A DNA stretch of 64,000 nucleotides from Geosiphon pyriformis uo1 (taxonomy: Eukaryota > Fungi > Glomeromycota), in NCBI GenBank assembly GCA_016748015.1, contig JAAOMT010000591.1, forward strand, positions 66,933 to 130,932. The letters are read 5' to 3'. A program made the translations under genes and the position numbers. Positions 34,901 to 48,429 of this stretch are shown one piece after another; the stretch's first letter is position 1; every line of letters starts with the position of its first letter. Below the pieces are notes generated by a model that saw nothing but the letters and a program-made list of their open reading frames with translations, made no database searches and was not told the origin of the DNA.

Positions 34901-37900
34901 GTATCTCAATGACATCTTTGGTTGTATTGTAGATGAGAATTTTGATGTTTTTGGGACTTTTGGCTGATATATAAAAATTAGTGAGTCCAATCTTTCTTGA
35001 TTCACATATGTTGGCTTCTGCTTCAAACAATTGAGCTTGATCCTTTACTTTTCTTTTTATAGCTAACATATACTGATCATATGGTGGAATGGAAATTGAT
35101 TGACGGGTGGAAATAATTTCTCCCTTGTCAATAATTTCTTTCTCTGCCATATTGACTAGTACATCTATTCTACCTATGGATCCGAATTCTTGTATCTTTC
35201 TTGCTGTTATTCTTAATTCTTCTCTGTTTTTCACTGACACTAACTGAGCTACTTTCACCAGAGATAAGAATATTGTCTGGGCTATCTTTTCATTTGGATT
35301 TATGGTATATGCTTTTTCTGAGTCATTTTGTAGCATTACAATGATATTTTCTATATATCCTGCATCAATTATTTCTCTTCTGATGTTGATTCTCTTTTTA
35401 GCTAAGCTACTTTTAGATGCTAATTATACTATTGTTGTTGCTGGAATTTTCAGTGCTATTTTGAGATCAATACAGGTGCATGAATAGGGTTCCAATTTGA
35501 TGAGATCTTTTCCTGGATATTTCAGATCAAACCCTACATTTGTATCATGCACACATTCTGGCATGATGCTTTCATTGTTGTTGCTATACCATCTGAGTTC
35601 CTGTTCTTTGAAAAGATCAGGAAGTGCAATGTATGTTTTGGGATTTGAATTGGAATCTGAATTGCCATTATTTTTCTTGTCTAATTGAGCAAAGCTGGAA
35701 CCATTGTTTTCATCATCATCATTGTCAAAGTTTGAATTAGAATTGAAAGTTGATCTTAATTCCAATACACAGCTGCTGATTAATTCTTCTTCTTCTGGGA
35801 TCATATAGATCATGCAGATCAGTGGATTGTAAATGAGATTACACTCATTACAATTTTGAAAGTTATAGAAAATTAAACAATGTTGATATAATCAAGTATT
35901 CAACTGCTCTAAACACTGCTCTTATTCTTCCCTAGTGAGTACTAAATGCTGGTAATATTCATGAAATTCTTCTGGGTTGTCTTCAATGTTGCCAAAGACA
36001 TTGAAGGTTTGGATGTATTCAGGTTTAGGAAAAGATAGAAGATTGTTTTTGATTTCCAGTAGTTTGCTGGTTGTCATGCCTTCTGGTTTTGCACTCGCCA
36101 TTCTTCATAATTCGTGTTCATTGTGAGAGTATTCTTCCAATTGTCACAATGCTTATTTTCAGGTGTTATCAATTGGTATGCTCTTGTGTACCCAGTTGTT
36201 AATTAAGATTGTATACTGACACATTTCATTGCACATTCTTCTTCATCCAGAAATGTTATTCCACATTCCTTTGTCTGGGAAAGTTTCTTCACAAGCCAAA
36301 CATAGTTCATTGTCCTATTTTTTAACTTGTTTTGGTCTTCCAAAGCATTTAATAATACATGGGTGGTAATAGAATTTGGTTGCCAAAGTGTACTCCTTAT
36401 CATTGCCATAACAAGTGCTCATTGATAACAATTTCTTACTATAATCAATACATATTAGTTTTGGGTGGTGATAAGTAGATTGTTGGAGTGTAGTGTAAAA
36501 ATTATAAGTAGTAGTGCTGTTGGGTGTTGGTTCTTCTTCTTTCCTCTTTCTTTTTCCCTTTTTATTTCTTTCTACTTCCAATTTATTAGTTTTTTCTGGT
36601 TGTTGTCAGTTTTCCAGACTTGGTCGGTGTTCCAAGTGAGTTCTTCTTTCTGTTTTCTTTTGTTGTTGTCATCTTAAGATAGTATTGGTGGTAGTTTGTT
36701 GTGGTTGCTGTCAGCTCATAAGACCTGATAAGCTTCCCAAGTAGGTTTTTTTTGAAGTCAATGAGTGGTTGTGTCTCAATGCTGGATTTGAAATAGCTAC
36801 ATATTGCTGGTACTCGTGTGTGTCAGCTGTTCTGACTGATTTGCAACTTTTGTGTTGTTCAGTTAAATGTCATGTTGGTTTTGGATAGCCAGTCATTACC
36901 AACTAGAGCTTGGTACTAAGTAGCTTTCATGACCAGAATTTTGATTGATACTGTAATGCCATTGACTTCAATTGGAAAGTTGTTTATTTCACCAATAGGA
37001 ATTTTAGTCATTCCATCAGCTATAATGATTCTGGCACTGGCAATATGGTCAACTTGACAACCTAATTGATCCATGAATTGCTTGGTAATGATGCTGCCAA
37101 CTGATCTACTATCTAGAATCAGTTTGATGGTGTGACCATTAACTTTTGTGTCAGTATATATGGTGGTGATTGGTTTGGTATCAAGAGTGGCTCCACTGAA
37201 TAATGAGACTGGTGTGGTTTTTTCGAGTTTGAAAGAAAAAATAGCTGCTAAAGATTCGTCATTGGAGATGGTTGCTGATAAGATATTGCTAATAAGTGGC
37301 TGTTTCTAATTGGGTTCCAAATTGTTAGAGATGGCATCTTCTAGGGTAACCAGAAGACTTAAATAGTGTTGAAAATTCGGATTTTGGGTGTGCTCAGTTC
37401 TCAAATTCTGAGAGTGTGGTTCTGTTGGTTGGTGCGAGAAACTGGGGATCAGTTGGTAAACAACCATTGCTGATCTCCAGTTTTGAGTGACTCTTGATCT
37501 GGGATTTTTTGATGTTATTTAAACTGGGTTTGGTGGCAGTGTTTGAAGTTGCTGGGATTAATAAATTACTGGTGGCTGCAGTTGATATGTTGCTGGTGAC
37601 TACAGTTAATAAATTGGAGGTTAATATACCAGTATTTGATAAATTGGCTGCTGTGTTATTGACAGGTAATTTTGATGATATGGCTCTGAGTTTGGTGGGT
37701 TATCCAGAGTTTGAAACTGGTAATTAGGGTTTCAATATTGATTTCCTGATCATTGGTTATTTAAGCAATGGCAGCAGTCAATTTGTAGGTGTTTTTGTTT
37801 ACCACAATAGTAGCAAACATGTGTTTCCTGTTGCCACTGTTGATTGGTCAACAATGTTGGATGTAATTGATTATAGAAATGATTAGAGTTTCCTTGATTA

Positions 37901-39521
37901 TTGTGTTGCTGTGGAGTTTGATAGATTGCTTGATTATTGTTAGCTAAGTATCTCTCTAATTTTTGATTTATTGTTTTGCTGAATTGCTTCAATTTGGAAT
38001 CCAAGTCAGATGATCTGTTCATTACTAGATTTACTGCTTGGGCATAATTGGCCTCTAATTTAGTGGCTTCAAAATCTCTGGCATTTGTGACGACTGCTTG
38101 CAGATCAACAGGATGCATTGAACATATGCGTTGTAGAATACTACTGTGTAATCCGCAAATGAACTGATTTAGGATCTGGGCCACTGTGAAATAATTGGCA
38201 TCAATAGCTTGGATCTGGTGCAGATTCCTGTAAAAGCATCTTAAATAAGTAGTAACTATTTTAGTTTCCCTTTGTTTAATAGTAGTGAAGGTATTTACTA
38301 GCCTGTTAATGCTGTTATTGTTGTTGAAGTATCTTAAAAACTCAAATTTGAATGTATTGAAATTTTAGAGTTTGTTGACCAGGCTTTGGTATCATGAATT
38401 GGCAATATTCTGGAGAAAATATGGGATGGCTTGCATGGCTCTGGTGTCATTTTATCCATTAGCCGCAATGGCTTTTTCTATGTCATTGAGCCATACTTGT
38501 GTGTCGTTCTCTTCTTCTGTAAATTTCTCGAGTTTTGTTATTGGGGCATAGACTATTGGATCTATGTTTAATTGCTGTGGTGATTGAAATGGTAATTGAA
38601 TTTGGAGTTGCAGCAGTGGCTGTTATTGTGGAGCAACTGATGGTGGATTGATGACAATGACTGGAGGTAAGTGTTGTTGATTATTAATGTCAGGGTTTTG
38701 ATCATTCTGATTTTGCTAATTTTGAAAATTCGGAGTTTTGTCTTCCGGATTTTCTAAATTTAGATTTTGCTAAGTCTGAAAGTTTGGGATTCCAATGTTT
38801 GGATTTTCTAGAATCGGGTTCTGGTAAGTAAATTTTTGATCATCAGCTTCTTTTTTTTCCTCTTCATTTGATTCTGTTATCTTCCAAAGACTTGTGTTTC
38901 TGAAATCTGGTTGAGGTGGCAATAATCGGAATCCTAATGGTGTTGGTAATCACAATTTAAATTCTTCAAAATAATTATCATAAGTCTCTAGTAATTCTAC
39001 TTTTTTTTGTTTACTTAAAATGGAAGTCATCCAAATGTTGATGTCATGTTTGATATGGATGTGTCTGTTGATAAGATATTAATGGCACTTCTGAGTGTAT
39101 AGTGGTATGATGAATTGGTTGGTGATTCAACTCTGGTTTTCTTTCAAGTGGGTGGTTGTATCCTTTGGAGTGTTACTGCTGGTGTTTGCAGTTTTCTTTT
39201 TCTTTTATTGGCATATGTAATTGGGTATTTTTGTTGAGTGTGATATTTAATTTCTTTATTGATTTCTGTGATGATGGATGCAAAATTGTGGTTTGTTGGT
39301 AGGCTAGTGTTTTGAATTAATTTATTGTAAAAGGTTTCTCTTGCTGATTTAGTATTTACTGATGTTTCTAACAGATAGACAATTCTTTCATTGACATAGA
39401 AATTGAAGGCTGATTCTGCTGATATGTGATTATGGTTTAATTCCAAATGTTAACAGTAGTATTAAAATAAGGATTTTGCAAATCCTAAATGGTTTGCTCC
39501 TATCGATTTTGATTCTGTCAC
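31933..39521 (-). pseudogene. gag-pol of C
   Basis: Same domain order as B in the ORF fragments (CYYCGKQKHLQIDC, GFDLKYPG, TDASG, IGIDLVGPL). Confidence 0.9.
35170..35591 (-). pseudogene. dUTPase domain in pol of C
   Basis: VGFDLKYPG, LASKSSLAK, IIDAGYI, EKIAQ, EFGSIGRI. Confidence 0.85.
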
Positions 39522-40460
39522 TTTTGGATAGTTGTAGTCAGTGCTGGTTTTCTGTAGGATTATACCTCACAGAAAGCACCAAATATTACAGATAATTATT
39601 TGAGGTCTCAAATCAAATAACAAATCCGTAACTTGGTGCTCAATATCTTGATAATGTTAGTAATACTGGTATATTGGTTGTATCTGAAAGTTTTAGAATT
39701 GAGTTTTTTGTATAATAGACAAAGATTCAATGATAATGTAGTTGGTGAGTTGTTTTCCCAATTTCTGTCTTCAACATGGTGACTGGTTTAATCTGACAGT
39801 CATGCCCTTCTGATAAGCTATCTATTAATATATATATTCTTATTTTTATCTCTGGGTCTTTTACCAGACTATCTATGACATTAATAATTCAGTGCTTTAA
39901 TTTTCAATTAATTAGTACACAACAATAAGATCAAAACAAGAAAGAAAATAAAAATAAAGAAAAAAATAAAGAAATAAGCAAAAACAATTGCAAGTTAGTA
40001 TCTTGTCAATAGCCATAATCAAGAGTTATTGTTCCAGTGTTTTTTTAAGTATCAATTGCTATCAACACTTTATGTTGATAGTGGAGAGTGAATGGAAATA
40101 GTGAATAATTATTTATTTAATATTTGTGAATGGAAGGTTGCTTAGATCAAATCTAAACTGAGAGGTCTCTAATTAAATGATTCTGTCTTTTCTACTTCTA
40201 ACACTACTGCTATATATACATAATTAAGATTCCTCAATTCCTCAATTCTTCACACCAAGAATCCTGGAATTCCTGGAATCTTGCAATTCCTTTAAGAGGA
40301 ATCTTAGAATTCTGGAATCCTGTAATTCCTTGTTTGAAAATCCTGAAATTCTTAGAATTCTGCAATTCCTCTAAAAAAAATCCTGGAATTTAACATTTAC
40401 TGTGCCTATTTCTGATTGGCTAATTTATGCTAGTATTCTTCCTATATTCTATGAGTAATA

Positions 40461-43400
40461 ACAAGAAGATTGTAAACATCAGCAATAACACCCAAAAAGA
40501 TACAACCACTTACTTGGAAGAAAACTAGGGTTGAATTACAACCAACTTATCATATCACTATACACTCAGAAGCACTATTAACATTTTATCAACAGATGTA
40601 TTCACATCACATACAATATTAATATTTAGATAACTCCTATTTCAAAGTAAACAAAAGAAAGCAGAATTACTAGGAACCTATGATGATTATTTTGAAAAAT
40701 TTAAATCACAATTAACCATCCCATCAGAATACTGATTACTGCCATCTCTACCAAACTTTGGAACAGCTGACCTGTGGGAGGTAATGAAATCAGAAGAGGA
40801 GGAAGAAAAAGAAGCCAAAGATCAGGAATTTACTTACCAGAACCCGATTTTAGAAAACTCAAACATCAAAACTCTAAACTTTCAGACTCAGCAAGATCCA
40901 AATTTAGAAAATCTGGAAGTCAAAACTCCGAATTTTCAAACTCAGTAAAATCAAAACAATCGAAACTCTGACATTAATAATTAACAACACTTACCTCTGG
41001 TAATCATCATCAATCCACTACCAATTGCTCCACAACAACAGCCATCACTGCAACCCCAAATTCAATTACTACTTTAATCACTACAGCAACTAAACTTAAA
41101 TTAAATGGCTTTCACTCTAATAGCAAAACTCAAAAAGTTCATTGGCAAAGAAGACAATGCTTAAGTATGACTGAATGATGTGGAAAAAGCCATCACAGTC
41201 AACAGATAAAATGATGCCAGAGCCATGCAAGCCATCCCCTATTTTCTCCAGAATACCACCAATTTATTGTACCAAAGCTTGGTTAACAAACCCCAAGATT
41301 TCAATGCATTCAAGCTTGCATTTCTACAATATTTTAGCAATAATAATAGCATCAACCAATTGGCAAACACTTTTATCACCATCAAGCAAGGAGAAAATAA
41401 AGCAGTCACTACTTACTTAGAATGCTTCCACAGAAATCTGTGCCAAATTCAGACCATACAGGCTGATTATTTCACAGTACCACAAATCTTAAATCAATTC
41501 ATTAAAGGCCTGAGCAGTAACATTTTTTAATGTGTACATCCAATGCATCTGGCAGATCTTCAAGCCACCATTACAAATGCCAGAGATTTTGAAGCAGCTG
41601 AACTTGAAGTTAACCATGCTTAAGCCATTAATCTAGTGATGAACAGATCATCTGAATTGGATTCTAAGTTGAAACAATTTAATGATTTCATTAACCAAAA
41701 ATTAGAGGAATACTTAGCTAATAATTAGGCAATTTATTAATCTCTACAACAATGCAATAATCAAGGAAATGCAAATCATTTCTAGAATCAGTCACATCTA
41801 TCATCCTTGACCAATCAACAGTGGCAGCAGAAAATGCATGTTTGCCACTACTGTAATAAACAAAGACATTTGAAAATTGACTGCAGATTAAGAATAAATA
41901 ACCAATGATTGGGAAATCAATATCGAAACCCTAATCACCAGTTTCAAACTTCAAAATATCAATTTAATCCAGAAATATATCAATTGAATTACCTACCAGT
42001 AATGCAACTGCCAATTTATCAACTACCAGTATATTAAGCTCCACTTTATTAACCAGCAGCATCAGTTATTTATCAACCACAGCCACAAATAATATATCAA
42101 CAACCACTGATTCTAATTCTATCATCAAACTCAGCTCAGATAACATTTAGAAACTTCAGATCAAGAGTCACCCAAAACTGGAGATCAGCAATAGTTGTTT
42201 ACCAACTGATTTTCAGCTCATCTAACCAGCCATCAGGATTATGACAGCAGAGTTCAGGAACTGGGTATACTCAAAACCCAAGTTCCCAAAACTATTTAAG
42301 TCTCCTGGTTATCCCAGAAGATGTCTCATCCAACAACTGGAAGACAAACCAGAAATCACTTACCAGTAACATACCACCAGCCACCATTACAGAAGACGAG
42401 TCACTTGCAGTTATATTTTCTTTTGAAATAGAAGAATCATTAGCAATTTCTTTGTTCAGTAGAGCTGTATTCAAGGAAAAACCAATTACTGCCATATATA
42501 CTAATACCAAAGTAGATGGCCATACTATCAAACTCATCTTTAATAGTGGGTCAGCAGACAGTATTATCACACAACAACTTATGGACCAATTAGGTCACCA
42601 AGTTGATTGTGCTGCCAGTGCTAGAATAATAACAGCTAATGGAATGACCAAGACTTCTATTGATGAGATTGATAATTTTCTCTTTGAAATAAATGGTATT
42701 ATTACTCTAATCAAAGTTTTGGTAATGGAGACTATGCAGTACTAAGCACTAGTTAGTAATGACTGGTTAGTCAAAAAAAATGCCATGCTTGACTGGAACA
42801 TGCAGAAATTACAGCTTAGCCAGAACAGTCGACATATGTGGGTACCTGCCACATATGGATACTTTAAACTCATTATCACGCCATTAGCCCCACTTATTAA
42901 ATTTGAGAAAGAAAAAAAGAAACTTACTTGAGAAGCCTATCAAGTGTTCTGGGTTAATGAAGATCACAATAAGCTATTACTGATACTCTTTTGGGACAAC
43001 AATGGAAAAAAAAAACAAAAAGAAGAACTTACCTGGAATGCTAACCAAGTCTGAAAAACTGACAATGATTAGGATAAATTAACAATAACTTGGAAGTGGA
43101 AAGAAGATAATCATAAAGGAAAAAAGAAAAAGAAGAAAAAAGATCCAATACCAATCACTACTCACTGTTCATATACTTATACACAATCACAATCATTTAA
43201 TTATTATTGTCCAAAACTAGAGTGCATTGATTGTGGCAAGAAATTGTTGTCAATAGGTGCATGCTGTGGTAACAATGAGGAATACCAGATGGCAACTAAG
43301 TTTTATTACTGCCCATGTCTCATTGAATGCTTTGGAAGACCAAAATGAGTAAGAAAATGGGATAATAAGCCATGCTTGGCTTGTGGAGAAACTCTCCTTG

Positions 43401-46400
43401 ACAAAAGAATGTGAAACAACATTCCTGGAAGAGGAAAAACATGTAACAAATCATGTCAGTACACAATTCTTATAAGCAACTGGGTAAAAAAAAGAATGTT
43501 CATAGATGCTGCTTGGAGATAAGCAGTCAAACACTTGGATGGTTGTCCATACAATGATAACAAAATTTGGCAAATGGCTTTCACCAAAATTGAAGGAACA
43601 TCACCAAAAGAAATAAGGATAATCAAAAATAACCCTTCTGAGCCCATAGAACTTAACTGGAACTCAGAACCAGTCATAAATCTACTAGACCTGGAACAAT
43701 TCCATGAACACTATTAGGAATTAGCACTTACTAAAAAAAAACAGGAGCAATAGTTGGAAGAAATAAACATAAGACTATGTGACCACTGTCTGATTCCATG
43801 TAACTTTCAATATTGTAATAAGTGTGACCTTATTTACAATCTACCACCATGTATAATCTACACAATTCCAGAAAAGAAAGAATTAATCAGCAGCTGCACA
43901 TCAGAATTGGAATCAATTTTCAATCCCGATTCAAACTCCAACAATAACAATGACAAAAACAACAGTTCTAGCTCTGCTCAATACCACAATGAAAATAACA
44001 ATAATTCAGACTCAGATTCAAACTCCGAAACTTACATCACACTTCCTGATCTCACCAAGAAACAGGAACTTAAATGGTTTAGCAATAATAATGAAGGTAT
44101 TATATTAGAATGTACACATAATACCAATGCAGAATTTAATCTAAGATATCCAGGAAAAGATCTCATCAAATTGGAATCTCATTTGCACACCTGCATTGAT
44201 CTCAAAATAGCACTAAAAATCCCAGCAACAACCATAGTTCAATTAGCATTTAGGGGTAGTTTAGCGAAAAAAAAAATCAACATTAGAGAAGAAATAATTG
44301 ATGCAGGATACATAAGAAATATCATTTCTATGTTACAAAATGACTCAGAAAAGGCATATATTATAAATTCAAACAAAAAGATAGCACAGACAATATTTCT
44401 ATCTCTGGTTAGAATAGCTCAATTAGTATTAGTGGGAAACAGGAAAAAATTAGGGATAACAGCAAAAGAAATACAAGGATTCAGATCAATGAATAGAATA
44501 TATGTACCAGTTAATATGGCAAAAGAAAAAATTATTGACAAGGGAAAAATTATCTCCACTCATCAACCAATTTCTATTCTACTATATGACTAATACATGG
44601 TAGTTATAGAGAGAAAAGTAAAGAATCAAGTTCAGATTTTTAAGGCAGAAGCAACACTTTGTGAATTAGGAGAAATTGGATTAGTTAATCTACATATACC
44701 AGCCAAAAACCACAGTCACATCAAAATTTCTATTTACAACAACATAAAAAATGTTATCAAGATATTAAAGGGAACCACTATTGGATACTTAACCACCAAA
44801 ATTGAAAATCAACTGCCAGACATCATTCTAGACTTTTCATAACTGTGTGGATATGTAGATATCACATCACAAACAATATATGGATGAGAAGAATGTTATC
44901 TGCTCCAACCAGAACAATTGAAACAGATGAACTTGGAAAATTTAGACCCATTATAACATATGCAACTTAAGATACTACTTAACAATTTCAATAACATCTT
45001 TGCCAGTGAAAATGAATTTGGCAGAACTGACATTATTCAACATCAAATCAAGACTGAAGATGCAATGCCAATCAAACAAAGAGCATACAAAGTACCACTA
45101 GCCAGCCATGAGATTATTCATCAAGAAATCAATTGGATGCTTGACAACGGATTAATTTAACTATTAATGAGCCCATAGTTGTCACCAGTAGTACTAGTTT
45201 ATAAAAAGAATGGAAAAATTCATTTTTGTGTGGATTACTGGAAATTAAATAGAGTAACCAAAGGTAATAACTACTCAACTCCAAAGATTCAAGAACTGTT
45301 TGACACTTTTGAAGGGAAGAAATGGTTCTCAACTTTAGACTTAGACAGTGGTTACTGGCAAGTAGCCATAAAATCAAAAGATAAGAAAAAAACAGCTTTT
45401 AGAACATGAAAAAAGAATTTTGAGTTTGAAGTCATGCCATTTGGTTTAATGAATGCCCAACAACATTTCAATGACTCATGGAAATTGTCTATACTAGATT
45501 ACTATGGAAATCAGTAGTCATATACTTGAATGACACCAATGTGTTCTTAAAAACATTTGATAATTATCTGCATCATCTCCAACAAGTATTTGAAAGACTC
45601 AAACAAGCAGAATTAAAACTAAATGCCAACAAATACTTCTTTGGCAAAACAAAGCTCAAGTTTTGGGACATGTAATAAGCAAAAATGGTATTAAAACAAA
45701 TCTGGATAAGATCATAATAGTAAAAAACTTTTCAGTACCAACCAATTTGACAGAACTAAGAGCATTTTTGAGATTTGCAGGCTATTATTATTGCTTTATC
45801 AAGGACTTTTTTAAACTGGCTCAGCCACTTCATTAGCTACAAACCAAATATGTAAAGTACAAATAAACAGAAGCTCAACAAAAAGTGTTTAACACACTGA
45901 GAAATAAGCTTATTTAAGCTTCAGTACTGATCTATTCAGACTACAGTAAACCATTTATCATTACTACTGATATGTCAGGCCAAGCATTAGAAGCAGTACT
46001 ATCACAGAGAGGACCAGATAGAAGAGAACATCCAGTGGCATATGTTAGCAGAAGCTTAAGTCCAGCTGAAAAGAACTATAGAACATTAGCATTAAAACAC
46101 TTAGCAATCTATTGGGCAGTCATGAAATGGAAAAAATACTTGAGCCAAAAGTTTGAAGTATATATAAATTACAAAAGATTGACTTTAATCCAGAAGCAAA
46201 AATTTGAAGATAACCACCATGCAAGATAGAAAATATCACTATCACTATATATATTTACAGTATATTATAAAAAAAAAAAAGACAATGGAAATGCTGACAG
46301 ATTGTTGCAAATAAGACAAATTTAAAAACATTTCAACCCAAAAATATAACAAAAGATAAACATACAAAAATACTAACAACTCCAACATTATATAAATACC

Positions 46401-47729
46401 CAATTGTTCAAGGAGAAATTATTTCAAAAAGAACAAAACAACATAAAACAGCAATCAAAATATTTTATCAATCATTAAAATATACTTTATCAGAAGAACA
46501 AAAGAAATTCAAATTAACCAACCAGAGTAATCACAAAACCAGAGAAAGAGACAATATTATTCAACATGTACTCAGACTCAACAGCAGAACATTTTCACAA
46601 AAAAGCAACCATAGAAAGAACCAAAAAAAGATACTATTGGCCATCAATGTATCCAGACATTATTTAATATGTTTAAAATTGTAATGCTTATTAAAGAAGA
46701 GGTGGAACAAAACCCAGTAAACTATTGAGACCAATCAAAATGGAACAACCATTCAATTGTATCAGAATTAACTTAGTCAAACCATTAACAATCACCAGAG
46801 GCAACAGATATATTGCAGTAACCATGAATTATCTCACAAAATGGCCAGAAGCAAAAGCCATTCAAAGAGCAGATGCAAAATCTATTGCTGAATTCGTTCA
46901 TCAAGATTTAATCTGTCAACACAGATGTCCAAAAGAACTATTATCAAATCAAGAAACTTATTTTGTAAATAGAACATTAGAAAAATTAAGTCAAAGATTT
47001 GGAATTAAAAGACTATTATCATCACTATACCATCTATAAATCAATAGATTAGTTAAAAGATTCAATAAAACATTGTGTAAAGAAATTGCCAAAATTAGCC
47101 AAGAAAATCAAGATGAATGGAATTTGTTCATACCATCAGTATTATTTGCTTATCAAACAATGAGACAAGATACTATTCAAACAACACCATTTGAATTAGT
47201 ATATGATAGAACAGCAACACTACCAGTGAAAATAGAAGTACAAACATATCTAACAAAACCAATAACAGAAGAAAATTTCCAAAGAATATTGTTAAGAAAA
47301 ACATATAACTTAATAAAAACACTAGAAAACAAAAGGTAAAAAGCAGCTGATAACATATAAAAGTCACAAGAAAGACAAAAAGAAAAACACAATAATCAAC
47401 TACCAAAGAAACCAGTTGAGTTTAAGATTGGAGACAAAGTATTTCTACATTGTACCAAAGTGGAAAAACAATGAAATAGAAAATTTGACCCCAAATAGGA
47501 TAGACTATTTCACATAGAAGAAATTCTTGGAAATAAAGCTTATAAATTAAGGTTGAACAACAAAATCTTAACCAAAGCAGCACATAGTGATTGATTAAAA
47601 TAATATCACCATATAGTATCATCATCTACCAGTAATATTCCACAATTAAAAGTACAAAGAATACTAGTCAAACCAGATGAGATTCCACGAGATCTAGAAC
47701 CAATTATAATCATTAAACCAAACATGTAA
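40461..47729 (+). pseudogene. gag-pol of A (main part)
   Basis: Capsid (MQAIPYFLQ), protease (LIFNSGSADSII), Cys-rich insert, dUTPase, RT (FSTLDLDSGYWQV, YLND), RNase H, integrase. Confidence 0.9.
44075..44500 (+). pseudogene. dUTPase domain in pol of A
   Basis: AEFNLRYPG, LAFRGSLAK, IIDAGYI, KIAQ, IQGFRSMNR (decayed GFGSTG). Confidence 0.85.
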
Positions 47730-47788
47730 AATTGGACAACTAAAAGAATATATAAAGACATGGTATATGCGATAAAAGACAATAAAAA

Positions 47789-48429
47789 ATGGAAATTACT
47801 GACAACATTTATTCATTAGCACAACAACTCTTCCAACTGATTCAACAACAAAAGATGGAAATCACAATCAACCAACAAACTATCAAATACACAAATACCA
47901 AAAAAAGATCATGAGATAAAATACGGAAAAATACAGAAAGCACTGTTAACAAAATAATTGCAAAAGTGAAACTGGCAATAGAAACACAACCAAAGGCCAT
48001 CCACTATCAAGAGTTGACTATAGAAACTTGGAATTGGTGGATACAACAATTTCCAAAAAACTTTTGTTACTTTCACTTGGAATGACACTTGAACATACAA
48101 AACTTATACATGGATAAAACAAAACAATTATTTGACACTGTTATACTGCAACAACTAGAACAATTTGTGGGAAAAAACAATTTGATGACACAAGCAAGAG
48201 CCATCTATCAGCTACATACTGGATTTCAAGACAGATTGGAAACCTTACTTAATTCAGAAATGGGCTCTATTACAGTAAACCAAATAGGAAAAATAACCAA
48301 TACACAATTTGAAGAATTACAGAACCAAATAACACAAGTAATTCTCGAAAAAAAAAAGTTCAGAAAATACTCAAAGATAAAAAATTAGAGTTAGGAGATA
48401 TGGGAGATCTCAATAGAGCTCAATATTAA
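47789..48429 (+). pseudogene. accessory ORF3 of A
   Basis: TATATAAA at 47749-47756. Nearly collinear with the C ORF3 (QARAIYQLHTGFQDRLETLLN..ITVNQIGKITNTQFEEL). Ends RAQY*. Confidence 0.8.

Larger units (their letters stand above)
30363..40460 (-). mobile_element. Ty3/Gypsy element C (dUTPase-bearing), full length, inserted antisense in gag of A
   Basis: LTRs 30363-31222 and 39584-40460. PBS 39565-39583. PPT 31223-31238. RT YLDD intact at about 34135. The A gag frame rejoins across it (flanks ATGG/ACAA, inferred ACGG). Confidence 0.95.
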
